Counted from the first letter of the stretch, positions 44,212 through 54,012 are shown. The stretch: DNA of 64,000 bases from an uncultured Chloroflexia bacterium (GCA_963792075.1 CAWBUW010000012.1:397854-461853); one strand, 5' to 3'. The notes: generated by a model from the letters alone, not told the origin. Numbers and translations: made by a program.

Positions 44212-45759
44212 CTACTCCTTCTTACCCAACAGCCCGTTGGGCAGCAGCAGCAGGACCACAATCATGAGTAAAACGGTGGAGGCCGGTACGATGGGCGGCG
44301 TTGGTTTGAAAATAACCTCCGTGAAGGGGATTTGGATGCCAATCGAACCGTACTTGATGATGAACTGCTGGAGGAGTCCTACCAATACGGATCCCAGCGC
44401 CGCACCAGGGTAGCTGGTCAGGCCTCCGATGGCCAGGGCGATCAGCGCATTCAAAAAGAAGCTTTCCCCCATAGAATTGGAAAGCCCTTGCGATGGCGCA
44501 GCCATCACCCCCCCCAGGGCTGCCAGCCCTACGCCGAGGGCAAAGACCATGGTGAATACCCGGCGCACATTGATCCCAAGAGCTTCGACCATCTCGCGAT
44601 CTTGAACACCCGCCCGGATGATCATGCCCAGTCGTGAACGTTTCAACAGGAGCCAGACGGCAACCAAAACGATCAAACCGAGCAAAGGTATGAAGATTTC
44701 ATTATAGATACGGATACGTCCATCCATGAACTGAACCGTGGTGCAGTTTCTTTGCAGCGCGGCAACCAGGTTTTCGGCCGGGCAGCCCTCCCCACTTCCG
44801 CCGAACAAGGCTGGTTTGGGCATGATGAACTCCGGACGCCCCCAGATGGCGCGCACCATTTCGATACCAACCGCGCTCAGCCCAAGGGTGAGCATGAGCT
44901 GGTAAATGGGGCGAACGTACAGCGGGCGGATCAGCGTTGTCTCGATTAATGCTCCCAGTCCGGCACCGCTTAAGACGGCCACCAGCATCGCCACCAGGAA
45001 CAGCCCGTTACTGCCCAGGCCGTTTAGAAAACCGGTAAAGGCATCGTTTCCCACCAGGGCAGCCACACCCAATACCACGGCAGCTCCAAACAACGCATAG
45101 CTGCGCCAGGTAAGGCGCGTGACATTTTGCGAATGGCGCCCAATGAGCGAAAGGCTGAAAGCGCCCAATGAGCTGCCCACCAAAAGACCGATAAGGGCAA
45201 GCAGGGGGGATATTTTATCAAACGCCACAACTGGACGCGGCATATCAATGCCTTGCTCGACCATTACGGAATAGGTTCCCGGGCTTTGTGCGTAATTTTC
45301 TAAGTCCCAGGCTGCAATCGGATAGCGCAGCATCACGGCAACGACGATCAACCCGGCAAGAAGAAGGCCCAGCCAGGGTAAAATGGGCTTCAATTTCCCA
45401 TCAAGTGGAATGCGCGAGCTTAAAGACACCCAAACTTCACTCAATAAAAATCCGCTCAGGATCAGCAGCAGGGGTGTCAGTAAATCTACGAAAGTATCCG
45501 GCCGTATATACACAGTCCAACCGATATAGGCGCCGATCATGAAAAGTGTGCCATGCGCCAGGTTGAGCACATCCAACAGGCCAAAGATCAGCGAAAATCC
45601 AGATGCTACCAGGAATGTGATGGATCCCACCGCCAGACCGCGCAATAAAGTAATAAAGAAATCCTGAGTAGGCATACCCTGCGCAGCGACTGCAAACAAC
45701 CCGAACAGCACACCCAAAATAATCACGCGGAACAGGTTTTTTCGGAAGTAGACTTTCAT
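44212..45759 (-). CDS. Liv-type ABC transporter permease (LivH-like) with ~200-aa internal insertion
   Basis: 515 aa. LivH-like N-terminus (LNLAHGTLFMIGAY) and C-terminal two thirds, separated by an extra hydrophobic segment. Confidence 0.8.
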   Translation of the reverse strand: MKVYFRKNLFRVIILGVLFGLFAVAAQGMPTQDFFITLLRGLAVGSITFLVASGFSLIFGLLDVLNLAHGTLFMIGAYIGWTVYIRPDTFVDLLTPLLLILSGFLLSEVWVSLSSRIPLDGKLKPILPWLGLLLAGLIVVAVMLRYPIAAWDLENYAQSPGTYSVMVEQGIDMPRPVVAFDKISPLLALIGLLVGSSLGAFSLSLIGRHSQNVTRLTWRSYALFGAAVVLGVAALVGNDAFTGFLNGLGSNGLFLVAMLVAVLSGAGLGALIETTLIRPLYVRPIYQLMLTLGLSAVGIEMVRAIWGRPEFIMPKPALFGGSGEGCPAENLVAALQRNCTTVQFMDGRIRIYNEIFIPLLGLIVLVAVWLLLKRSRLGMIIRAGVQDREMVEALGINVRRVFTMVFALGVGLAALGGVMAAPSQGLSNSMGESFFLNALIALAIGGLTSYPGAALGSVLVGLLQQFIIKYGSIGIQIPFTEVIFKPTPPIVPASTVLLMIVVLLLLPNGLLGKKE

Positions 45760-45767
45760 GGTTTTCC

Positions 45768-46484
45768 TCAGGCCGCACCCAGGTAGCGGTGAATGGTGGC
45801 TTTATCATTGACAAGGTCCCGCATATTCCCGGATTGCACCGAACAGCCTTCTTCAATGATGGTGTAATACTCGGCGAGCTGGCTTGCCACCAGGAAGTTC
45901 TGCTCCACCAATACCACAGTTGACTCGACGGATAACTGGCGGATAGCTGCCATAAGCTGCTCAATGAGGACGGGCGCCAGCCCTTCGCTGGGTTCATCAA
46001 TCAGCAGCAGGTGGTTGTCCGCCACGAGCGCGCGAGCAATTGCCAGCATCTGCTGCTGGCCGCCTGAAAGATTGGCACCAGATAGTCTAATCAAGCGTTC
46101 CAGATCAGGGAATAGAGAATAAATAAATTCTTTTTTACGGTCGTAATCGCCCTTTTTTCGCTCCGCAATCTTGAGGTTCTCTTCTACGGTCAGATCGCGG
46201 AAAATGGCGCGATTTTCAGGAACAAAGCCGATACCCATCGTCGCAATGTCAAATGAACGCAGGCCCTGGATTGGGTGACCTTCAAACATGACCTTACCTG
46301 TACGCGGTGGCGTGAGGCCAAGGATTGACTTCAATGTGGTCGTTTTGCCTGCCCCATTGCGACCAAGCAGTGCGGTAACGCTTCCCTTAGGCACGTTCAG
46401 GCTTACCCCCTGTAGAATATGGTACTGCCCAATAAAAGTATGGACGTCCTGAAGCTCGAGGATATTTTCCACAACTGCGCTCAT
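45768..46484 (-). CDS. Liv-type ABC transporter ATP-binding protein (LivF-like)
   Basis: Walker [10 protein letters not shown], signature LSGGQQQ, Walker B LLIDEPS. Confidence 0.9.
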   Translation of the reverse strand: MSAVVENILELQDVHTFIGQYHILQGVSLNVPKGSVTALLGRNGAGKTTTLKSILGLTPPRTGKVMFEGHPIQGLRSFDIATMGIGFVPENRAIFRDLTVEENLKIAERKKGDYDRKKEFIYSLFPDLERLIRLSGANLSGGQQQMLAIARALVADNHLLLIDEPSEGLAPVLIEQLMAAIRQLSVESTVVLVEQNFLVASQLAEYYTIIEEGCSVQSGNMRDLVNDKATIHRYLGAA

Positions 46485-47257
46485 AAGTTTAACTCATACA
46501 AACCGCCCAGGTAAGCGGTTTGAACTTCCTTGTTGGCCGCAATTTCTGCGGGCGTCCCCTCCGCCAAAACGCCGCCCTGGTGCATCACCGTGATGACATC
46601 CGACACTCGCATGACAACATTCATATTATGTTCGACCAGCATCACGGTTTTATTGCCGGTCTTTTGGATTTCCTGGATCAAGGCGATCAACTCCGGCACC
46701 TGTTCTGAGGCCATGCCTGCCGTGGGTTCATCGAGCAGCAGTACCTCTGGATCGGGCGCCAGGATCATGCTCAGCTCCAGCTTGCGCTGGTCGCCATGCG
46801 GCAGCGTGCGCGCCAGGGTCAGGGCACGCCCTTCCAGGCCCACTTTCTGCAGCACTTCCCAGGCACGCTGCTCATAATGCTTGAAAGCGCCTGCCGGGCT
46901 GAAACACTTGAAATTATCGGGTCCCAAGGATTGGCAGGCCAGGCGGACATTTTCTAACACGGTAAGATTGGGAAAGATATTGGTAATTTGGAAGGAACGC
47001 CCCATACCCATGTGGATCGTGCGGTATACGGGCTGGTGGGTTATATCCTTGCCCTTGAAGAGTACCTTCCCACTTGTCGGCTCAAGGTTGCCACTAAGCA
47101 GGTTGAAGTACGTGGTTTTCCCCGCTCCATTGGGACCGATGATGGAGTGCAGCGAACCAGCCCTCACCCGGAGGCTGACATCCGCTACAGCGACCAGAGC
47201 ACCGAATTCCTTGCGCAGGCTTACGGTTTCCAGAATGGTCTCAGCATCCATGCTCAT
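46481..47257 (-). CDS. Liv-type ABC transporter ATP-binding protein (LivG-like)
   Basis: Walker A GPNGAGKTT, Walker B LLLDEPT. The ATG at 47257 is preferred because the longer ORF runs into a hairpin. 4-nt overlap with the LivF-like gene. Confidence 0.9.
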   Translation of the reverse strand: MSMDAETILETVSLRKEFGALVAVADVSLRVRAGSLHSIIGPNGAGKTTYFNLLSGNLEPTSGKVLFKGKDITHQPVYRTIHMGMGRSFQITNIFPNLTVLENVRLACQSLGPDNFKCFSPAGAFKHYEQRAWEVLQKVGLEGRALTLARTLPHGDQRKLELSMILAPDPEVLLLDEPTAGMASEQVPELIALIQEIQKTGNKTVMLVEHNMNVVMRVSDVITVMHQGGVLAEGTPAEIAANKEVQTAYLGGLYELNL

Positions 47258-47280
47258 CTTCCCAGGCAGAAAAGGTTTGC

Positions 47281-47319
47281 GTGGTGAACGCCCCAACCGC
47301 GATGGGAGGCGTTCACCAC
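47281..47319 (-). other. Intercistronic hairpin after the SBP gene of the second Liv-type transporter
   Basis: A 12-14-bp stem GTGGTGAACGCC / GGCGTTCACCAC, between the SBP stop (47336) and the ATPase start (47257). Confidence 0.55.
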
Positions 47320-47335
47320 ATAATTCTAGTTTATA

Positions 47336-48770
47336 TTATTTGCCAGACAGGTTCCCGTAAGGCAGGCTACCGCAGCGAGCCTTCAAAGCCTCGGGGAGCA
47401 GGCAGGGCGGTTCAGGTCGAGTAGTATTGACGTATTCGTAGAAGTTAGCGCCGGGGTCGGTAACGTTGAGCAGCTTCAGGATATACATATCCTGGATCGC
47501 CACGTGGTCTTCGGGGCGGATGTAGATCGTGCCTTTGGGGCCTTCGAAGGTCATACCTTCCATCACCTTAATCAGTGCATCACTGCTGGTATCGCCCTTG
47601 GTAAGCTTCAGGGCTTCTACCAGCATGATGGCGGCGTTCATGCCATCGGCATCGAACAGGTCGGGGTTAACGCCATAGCGCGGTTTGGTGTTGGCAACCA
47701 GGAAGTCGTTGATCGGGTTCTTGGGAGCACTGTAGTGGTAGAGGATACCACTGGTGCTGCCAATAGCGCCGCCATACCAGAGCGGCATGAGGACGTTATC
47801 GATGAAAGTTGCGCCCAGCGCCATTTTTTCGGTCACCCCCTGGTCCTTAGCGGCCTGCATCAGCGGGACGAAGCCACCACCTGCCCAGGTGACGATGTAG
47901 GACTTCGGCGCCGGAGTTCAGGATTTGTTCCATGTACGGAGTGAAATCCGCGGTGTCGAGCGGGGCAAAGATATCATCCGCAACAAAAGTACCACCATCC
48001 AGAGTACAGGCATCCCGGAAAGCAGCCGCTGAACCACGCCCAAAAGCGTAGTCGGGGGCAATCTGGACGAAGGTTTTGTACTGCTTGGTCAGATACGCAC
48101 ATTCGTTCATCGCGTCCTGGTAGTTGTTGCGGCTGGTGCGGAAGGTGTACTCGTTGAAGTTGGCGCCGGTGATGTCATTGGCGGCCGCGGGGGCTACGAT
48201 CAACGGGATTTTGCTTTCCAGAGCGATCCCCTGCAAGGTCGCAGTAGCGGCTGAGGAAGCCGTGCCGACCAGGAAGTTGACCTTCTGCACATCAATCAGC
48301 TCGCGGGCAACGGTAGCGGTGTTCGCAGGATCGCCAGCATCATCGCGCACGAATACCTGGATCTCGCAGTTTTCCACCTTGAAGGTGTTTTCCTGGGCAG
48401 TCTTGAGGTCGAAGACTTCGCCGGCCGAGCCGGGAGCGCCAGCAACATATTCCATGCCCAACATGAACGAGCGCAGGATATGTGCGCCGTAAATCGCCAG
48501 GGCGCCGGTGGCGTCCGTGATCAAACCGACTTTGACCGGCTCAGCGCAGGTCAAGCCGGCAGGCGGCGCTTCAGTAGGCGCTGCGGTCGGCTCTGCGGTC
48601 GGCGCTTCGGTGGGTACGGCGGTCGGTTCAGGCGCTTTGGTAGGCTCAACAACTGGGGCTGTCGTGGGCGCGGCAGTCGGTTCTGATACAGAGGTGGCTG
48701 CCGGCGCGCAAGCCGACAATACCAGCGCCAGGATGATCACGACATAAATTAGGGATCGGTACAGTTTCAT
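47336..48770 (-). pseudogene. Lipoprotein LivK-like solute-binding protein interrupted by a single frameshift (or an assembly indel)
   Basis: The N-terminal ORF (47847-48770) has a lipobox LVLSAC and a Pro/Thr/Ala/Glu linker. The C-terminal part (47336-47860) reads KSYIVTWAGGGFVPLMQAAKDQG in a frame open up to 47917. Together they make about 470 aa, the same size as the other SBP. Confidence 0.7.
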
Positions 48771-48886
48771 AATTTTCTACTCCTCCTTCAAAGAGTGAAC
48801 AATTTTAATTCTTTTCACATATCAAACGACGAATATACCTCAATAGTTACTTTCCAGGCAGCCACCTCCTCAATATTCTTTTCATA

Positions 48887-48908
48887 TGGTATACCTCTGG
48901 TATACCTC
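48887..48908 (-). promoter_or_regulatory. Two tandem 11-nt direct repeats (TGGTATACCTC x2), each containing the palindrome GGTATACC
   Basis: Exact repeat with 11-bp phasing in the 175-bp region upstream of the second Liv-type operon. AAGAAT/GAATAT -10-like hexamers follow about 8 nt downstream in minus sense. Confidence 0.5.
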
Positions 48909-48945
48909 GTGCGTGCAAAGCACGCACAAATTACACCACAGATCC

Positions 48946-49761
48946 TCATAACATAAAGTCGGACACCACCTGGGCGGCGGTCTCCGGTACTTCAACGGGA
49001 AAGAAATGGCCTGCGTTTGGCAGCAGCTTGACCTGGCTGTGTGGGATTTGCTTCGCCAGCAAATCCGCGTTGCCAGATGGAACCACCTTATCATGCTCAC
49101 CAAAAAGGATCAGCGTGGGCATGGCCAGGTTGGGCAATTTATGCTCAAAACAAGCCGCCTCCGCCAACAGCCCCAGGCCGATCGCCATCTGCGCCTGGTA
49201 AGGGACAGGCTCGACCGGGTTCTGCAGGCGGAACTGCACCCAGGCCTGGATAATCTCCGGATTGGCTTCGGCGAAGCCCGGAGCGCAGCTCACCGCGAGG
49301 CCGTTTGTGAAACGGGTCAGCGGGTCGCTGGTGACGTCGGAGAGCACCGCCATCGCTTCTGGCGTAATCGGAATGTGGTGTGGGCCGCCAAAATTTGTTG
49401 CAGAAAGGATCAGCTTTTCAACACTCTCTGTATGGCTGAGAGCCATTGCCTGGGCAATGAAGCCGCCCATCGAGTGGCCCATGATCACCGCTTTCTCTAC
49501 CCCCAACGCCTGCAGCAGGCCGGCCGTATCATCCGCCAGCATCTGCGCAGTATAAGGACCGGCCGGTTTGTCAGTCTGGCCCACGCCGCGGTTGTCAAAG
49601 ACAATGACCGGCACGCGCTGCGCCAACAGCGGGACCATCCGGTACCACATCCACAACGGGTAGCCCAACCCGGCAATCAGCACCAGCGGCTTAGCGGAAG
49701 TAAGCTGCGAGCCATGCACTTCATAATAAATGTCAATTCCATTCGCGTGTACTTTCGACAT
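48946..49761 (-). CDS. Alpha/beta-hydrolase
   Basis: 271 aa. Nucleophile elbow GHSMGG, HG oxyanion region, C-terminal His (NAGHFFP). Confidence 0.8.
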   Translation of the reverse strand: MSKVHANGIDIYYEVHGSQLTSAKPLVLIAGLGYPLWMWYRMVPLLAQRVPVIVFDNRGVGQTDKPAGPYTAQMLADDTAGLLQALGVEKAVIMGHSMGGFIAQAMALSHTESVEKLILSATNFGGPHHIPITPEAMAVLSDVTSDPLTRFTNGLAVSCAPGFAEANPEIIQAWVQFRLQNPVEPVPYQAQMAIGLGLLAEAACFEHKLPNLAMPTLILFGEHDKVVPSGNADLLAKQIPHSQVKLLPNAGHFFPVEVPETAAQVVSDFML

Positions 49762-49763
49762 GA

Positions 49764-51344
49764 TTACTCCCTGGTAGTTTTCTCCACCACCCCAGTATTC
49801 TCGACTGCGAACGCCTTGCGCAACTCTGCCTTGATCACCTTGCCATAGGGTGAATAGGGCAAGGCCGGCACGAACTCGATCCGCTTAGGGATTTTGAAGC
49901 GCGCCAGCCGGCTGGCGCAAAACGCCAGCAGCTCTCTTGCTTCAGTTTTCTGGTCCGGCTTGAGTGCGACTATCATCAAACCGACCTCCCCCCATTTAGG
50001 GTCCGGTTGGCCAATCAGCGCCGCATCTTCCACGGCAGGGTGCTCGCGAAAGACCGCCTCCACCTCGGCGGCATAAACGTTCTCGCCGCCGCTGATGATC
50101 ATATCCTTGTAGCGCCCGGAGATGTAATAAAAGCCATCTTCGTCCTGCCGCGCCATATCGCCGGTATAGAACCAGCCTTCCTTCAGCGCTTGAGCCGTTG
50201 CGGTGGGATTGCGCCAGTATCCGGAGCATACGTGCGGCCCGGCGATGATCAGTTCCCCAGTTTGCCCGACCGGCACATCTTTCCCTTGCGCATCCACCAG
50301 GCGCATCTGGCTGTGGAAGATGGGCTTGCCGACGGAGCCCGCTTTGGGCTCCGATTCCTCATCGGTCATGCTGAAACAGTTGGTGCCCACTTCGGTCAGG
50401 CCATAGCCCTGGCGGAACACCACGCCTTTGGCAGCGCGCCAAGCCTTCATCAGAGAAATCGGGCAGGGTGCGCCGCCGCTGACGAAAAAGCGCACATGGC
50501 TGAAATCCGCCTCGGCAAAATAGGGCGTATTCTGCCACATCTGGAACAGCGTAGGGACGCCCAAAACCACGCTGCACTTTTCTACGACGATCATACGCAG
50601 CGAGGTCTCGGGATCGAAGTTGCGCGCCAGGACGATCCGCCCGCCCGCGTAGAACAGGGGGACCAGGAAGATGAACAGGCCGCCAGCATGGAACATAGGG
50701 GTCAGGATGGGCGCGATATCACGCTCAGACAATCCCCAAGAAATGACCGTGTTGATGGCGTTCCACAGCACCTGGCGATTCGGGATGACTGCGCCCTTGG
50801 GCTTCCCGGTCGTGCCCGAGGTGTAGAGGATGCAGTACGGATCCTCGCCATCCAGCGATGGGCGTTCAGGCTCTACAGGCGAGGCCTGCGCCAGGAGCGC
50901 TTCATAGCTGGCTGCGCCGGGGATGAGAGCGCCTTCCAAAGCCAGATAAGCTTCTACCGAAGTACTGCTACCCCCATCCTGGACCGCCCGGATCTCCGCC
51001 AGCGCGCCCACAAACTCCGGGCCGCAAAGCAGGACTTTAGGCTGGGCATCGTTGATGATGTAGCTCAGCTCACGGCTGGTCAGCCGCCAATTGAGCGGGG
51101 TAAAGATGGCGCCGATTTTGCCTAACCCAAAAAGCAAATCCAGGTACGCCAATCCGTTGTGCGCCAGGATTGCCACTCGGTCGCCCTTCGTCACGCCAAA
51201 GCGCTTGCGCATCAAATTAGCGCAGCGGTTGGCGCGTGTGTTGAGTTCGGCGTAAGAATAGCGTCCGCCGTCGTGCACGTCAACCAACGCCAGGCGTGCA
51301 GGCGTCAGCAGGGCGCGTTTGCTGAGCAGGTCCGCCGCATGCAT
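49764..51344 (-). CDS. AMP-dependent acyl-CoA synthetase/ligase
   Basis: 526 aa. Canonical AMP-binding P-loop YTSGTTGKPKG and the GYGLTE and TGD motifs. Confidence 0.85.
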   Translation of the reverse strand: MHAADLLSKRALLTPARLALVDVHDGGRYSYAELNTRANRCANLMRKRFGVTKGDRVAILAHNGLAYLDLLFGLGKIGAIFTPLNWRLTSRELSYIINDAQPKVLLCGPEFVGALAEIRAVQDGGSSTSVEAYLALEGALIPGAASYEALLAQASPVEPERPSLDGEDPYCILYTSGTTGKPKGAVIPNRQVLWNAINTVISWGLSERDIAPILTPMFHAGGLFIFLVPLFYAGGRIVLARNFDPETSLRMIVVEKCSVVLGVPTLFQMWQNTPYFAEADFSHVRFFVSGGAPCPISLMKAWRAAKGVVFRQGYGLTEVGTNCFSMTDEESEPKAGSVGKPIFHSQMRLVDAQGKDVPVGQTGELIIAGPHVCSGYWRNPTATAQALKEGWFYTGDMARQDEDGFYYISGRYKDMIISGGENVYAAEVEAVFREHPAVEDAALIGQPDPKWGEVGLMIVALKPDQKTEARELLAFCASRLARFKIPKRIEFVPALPYSPYGKVIKAELRKAFAVENTGVVEKTTRE

Positions 51345-51349
51345 GCAGT

Positions 51350-52114
51350 CTAAGTCCCCACCACGATACCGCCGTCTACGCGCAGTGTTTCGCCAGTGAT
51401 GAAGGAAGCTTCGTCCGAGGCAAGGAACACGTATGCATTGGCAATGTCGCGCGGTTCGCCCATGCGGCCCAACGGCGTGTGGCCCTTCATGCCCTCCAGG
51501 ATTTTCTCCGGCATGGCCGCGACCATCTCAGTGGCCGTAAAACCTGGAGCTACGGCGCAGACACGGACACCATAACGCCCTAATTCACGCGCCCAGACCT
51601 TGGTCATGCCGATCACACCCGCCTTGGTGGCGACATAGTTGGTCTGGCCGAAATTGCCATCCAGGCCGACCACCGAAGTGGCGTTCAGCACCACCCCGCC
51701 ATGCTGGCGGATCATCACAGGGGCCACGGCCTGCGTGCAGTTAAATACCCCTTTCAGGTTGACTGCAATCACCAGGTCGAAATCTGCCTCAGCCATCTGG
51801 CCCACCAACTGGCCTTCTTTGAACTTGACCAGCAAGCCGTCGCGCAGGATACCGGCGTTGTTGACCAGCACATCAATCCGTCCGTACTGGGCCGCCACAT
51901 CATCGATCCAGGCCTGCACGGCCTGGCGGCTGGTGACGTCCACTTTATAGAAGCGCGCCTCGGCGCCCAACAGGCGCACCGTCTCCTGCCCAACCGCTTC
52001 GTTGACGTCGCAAATGACGACTTTAGCGCCTTCTTCAGCGAAGCGCAGGGCAGTGGCTTTACCGATCCCGGCTGCGCCGCCGGTAACCAGAACAACTTTA
52101 TCTTTGAATCGCAT
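51350..52114 (-). CDS. Classical SDR (FabG-like 3-oxoacyl reductase)
   Basis: 254 aa. TGGAAGIGKA, NNAG, YVATK (YxxxK). GGAGGA RBS. Confidence 0.85.
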   Translation of the reverse strand: MRFKDKVVLVTGGAAGIGKATALRFAEEGAKVVICDVNEAVGQETVRLLGAEARFYKVDVTSRQAVQAWIDDVAAQYGRIDVLVNNAGILRDGLLVKFKEGQLVGQMAEADFDLVIAVNLKGVFNCTQAVAPVMIRQHGGVVLNATSVVGLDGNFGQTNYVATKAGVIGMTKVWARELGRYGVRVCAVAPGFTATEMVAAMPEKILEGMKGHTPLGRMGEPRDIANAYVFLASDEASFITGETLRVDGGIVVGT

Positions 52115-52183
52115 AGGAAATCCTCCAGGTGAATATCAATCTATCACAGCACAGTTACCCGCTGGTTACACCTATCGTATCAT

Positions 52184-52260
52184 CTCAATAAAAGGGGGGA
52201 AGTGGAGCGTTTTGTGCGTGCGAAGTACACACAAAACGCTCCACACCCCAATTTATTGAG
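52184..52260. other. ~77-nt long imperfect palindrome
   Basis: A 15-bp inner stem pairs 52202-52216 with 52230-52244. Outer pairing CTCAATAAA/TTTATTGAG and GGGG/CCCC extends it. Located between the DUF35 and SDR genes. Confidence 0.6.
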
Positions 52261-52279
52261 AAGTTACCACCTATCTTTT

Positions 52280-52310
52280 TATAGGATGATGCTGGCAGCA
52301 TCATCCTATA
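52280..52310. other. 14-bp perfect hairpin immediately after the DUF35 stop codon
   Basis: TATAGGATGATGCT-GGC-AGCATCATCCTATA. There is no U-tract in minus sense. Confidence 0.6.
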
Positions 52311-52311
52311 A

Positions 52312-52737
52312 TTAAAATACACGAAATGCCAGGTAGGTATGGCTCTTCTCGCCGGCAGTATGTTCGATAAAATCGACCACCAGCGGTGCGCCGATCTGGA
52401 TCGCATCCGGATAGGCCGGGTCCAAGCCAAGAATATGCGCGCTGATACGCGGGCCTTCTTCCAGCTCCACGATCCCACTGACATACGGCTTCTCGCGCCC
52501 ATAGCCTTGCTCAATCATAAACGTTGGGGCGATATAGATCACCGTAAAGGCCGCCAGCTTGCCCTTGCCTGAGGTCTCGACCCATTCCATCCGGTCGCTG
52601 CGGCAGTGCGGGCAAATCGCCCGCGGGGGTAGTGCCAGCTTACCGCAGGCAGCACAACGTGCCGCCATAAGTTTCTTCTCCGCCAGGAATTGATCGAAAG
52701 CAGCCGCACTAAATGGTCGCGCCAGGGTTTCTGTCAT
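52312..52737 (-). CDS. DUF35 Zn-ribbon/OB-fold protein (thiolase partner)
   Basis: 141 aa. Zn ribbon CAACGKLALPPRAICPHCRS followed by an OB-fold region. AGGAGG RBS. Immediately downstream of the thiolase-like gene. Confidence 0.8.
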   Translation of the reverse strand: MTETLARPFSAAAFDQFLAEKKLMAARCAACGKLALPPRAICPHCRSDRMEWVETSGKGKLAAFTVIYIAPTFMIEQGYGREKPYVSGIVELEEGPRISAHILGLDPAYPDAIQIGAPLVVDFIEHTAGEKSHTYLAFRVF

Positions 52738-52746
52738 TTCCGCCTC

Positions 52747-54012
52747 CTAATTGCGCCGCTCATAAATATGTACTACACAGGTGGAACCGGTCGCGCCCAC
52801 GTTGTGTGTCAGCGCCAGCGGGATATCTCCTGCTACCTGGCGCGCCTGCGCCTCGCCGCGCATCTGCTTCCAGACTTCCACAGCCTGCGCTACGCCTGAA
52901 GCGCCCACCGGGTGGCCCTTAGACTTCAACCCGCCGGAGGTGTTGATTGGACGAGCGCCGTCGCGAGCGGTGACTCCATCTTCGGCGGCTTTATAGCCAT
53001 CTCCCGGTGCAAAGAAACCCAGGTCTTCGCCGGCGATAACTTCCGCAATCGTGAAGCAGTCATGCACTTCAGCGATACGGATATCGCTGGCGCTCACCCC
53101 TGCCATTGCATAAGCGACCTGCGCTGCCCGGCGCGCGGCGGGGATGCTGGTCAGCTCTTCCCGGTCGTGCAGCGGAACGCCAGAAGCCTGGCCCGAGCCG
53201 ATGATGTAGATCGGGTGGTCGCTGAACTCATGCGCTCGCTCGGCAGACACCAGCAGGACCGTTGCCGCGCCATCCGTGATCGGCGAGCAGTCGAACAAGC
53301 GCAGGGGCCAGGCAACCATGGGGTTGGCCGAGTTGTCGTGCAGGAAATCCCAGACTGTTTGCCAGGTTGGCGCCGGCTTGCCCTTTTTGATCGCGGCGGA
53401 AATGCGCCCCTGCATCCAATCGGGAAGCGAGACGCCAAACTGGGCCAGGGGATTGAGCGCCCCGTTGGCATGGTTCTTGATCGCCACGTGCATCAGATGT
53501 TCCGGCTTCATCCCATAACGGTGCATGTAAGCCGTCGCCATGGCTGCGTACAAACCGGGGAAGGTAAATCCCGCGGCGATTTCGAAGGGGATATCCGCCG
53601 CGGTTGCCAGCGTATCGGTCACTTCGGCAGTGGGCAGGTTGGTCATTTTCTCCACGCCACCCGCCAGCACCACGTCTTGCATCCCTGATGCAACCGCCAT
53701 CACTCCCTGGCGCAGCGCCACACCGCCGCTGGCGCAGGCGTCTTCCAGCCGGGTGGCGGGAATGGGCGCCAGGCCGACCGCATCGGCCATCAGCGGAGCA
53801 ATGTGCCCCTGGCGCTCGAACTGGTCACTGGAAAAATTGCCCAGGTACAGGCTTTCGATCTGTGTAGGATCCAGGCCTTTATCTACCGATTTGGAAAGAG
53901 CCTGGTATGCCTCGACAAAAAGGTCGCGGCTGTTCTTTTCGGGGAAAGCGCCGAAACGGGACATACCCGCACCGACCAGGGCGACCCCGCGTGGGAGACG
54001 AGTCGATTTCAT
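52747..54012 (-). CDS. Thiolase-like protein (SCP-x / non-specific lipid-transfer-type thiolase)
   Basis: 421 aa. Nucleophile region LEDACASGG and C-terminal GGLKSKGHPVGASG. Paired with DUF35, as in known thiolase-DUF35 systems. Confidence 0.85.
   Translation of the reverse strand: MKSTRLPRGVALVGAGMSRFGAFPEKNSRDLFVEAYQALSKSVDKGLDPTQIESLYLGNFSSDQFERQGHIAPLMADAVGLAPIPATRLEDACASGGVALRQGVMAVASGMQDVVLAGGVEKMTNLPTAEVTDTLATAADIPFEIAAGFTFPGLYAAMATAYMHRYGMKPEHLMHVAIKNHANGALNPLAQFGVSLPDWMQGRISAAIKKGKPAPTWQTVWDFLHDNSANPMVAWPLRLFDCSPITDGAATVLLVSAERAHEFSDHPIYIIGSGQASGVPLHDREELTSIPAARRAAQVAYAMAGVSASDIRIAEVHDCFTIAEVIAGEDLGFFAPGDGYKAAEDGVTARDGARPINTSGGLKSKGHPVGASGVAQAVEVWKQMRGEAQARQVAGDIPLALTHNVGATGSTCVVHIYERRN

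Noticed and set aside
43147-48770. Urea (UrtABCDE) transporter, suggested by the 515-aa LivH-type permease.
   Set aside because: The gene order (SBP, two ATPases, two permeases) differs from urtABCDE. No urease genes are nearby, and nothing in the SBP sequence specifically indicates urea.
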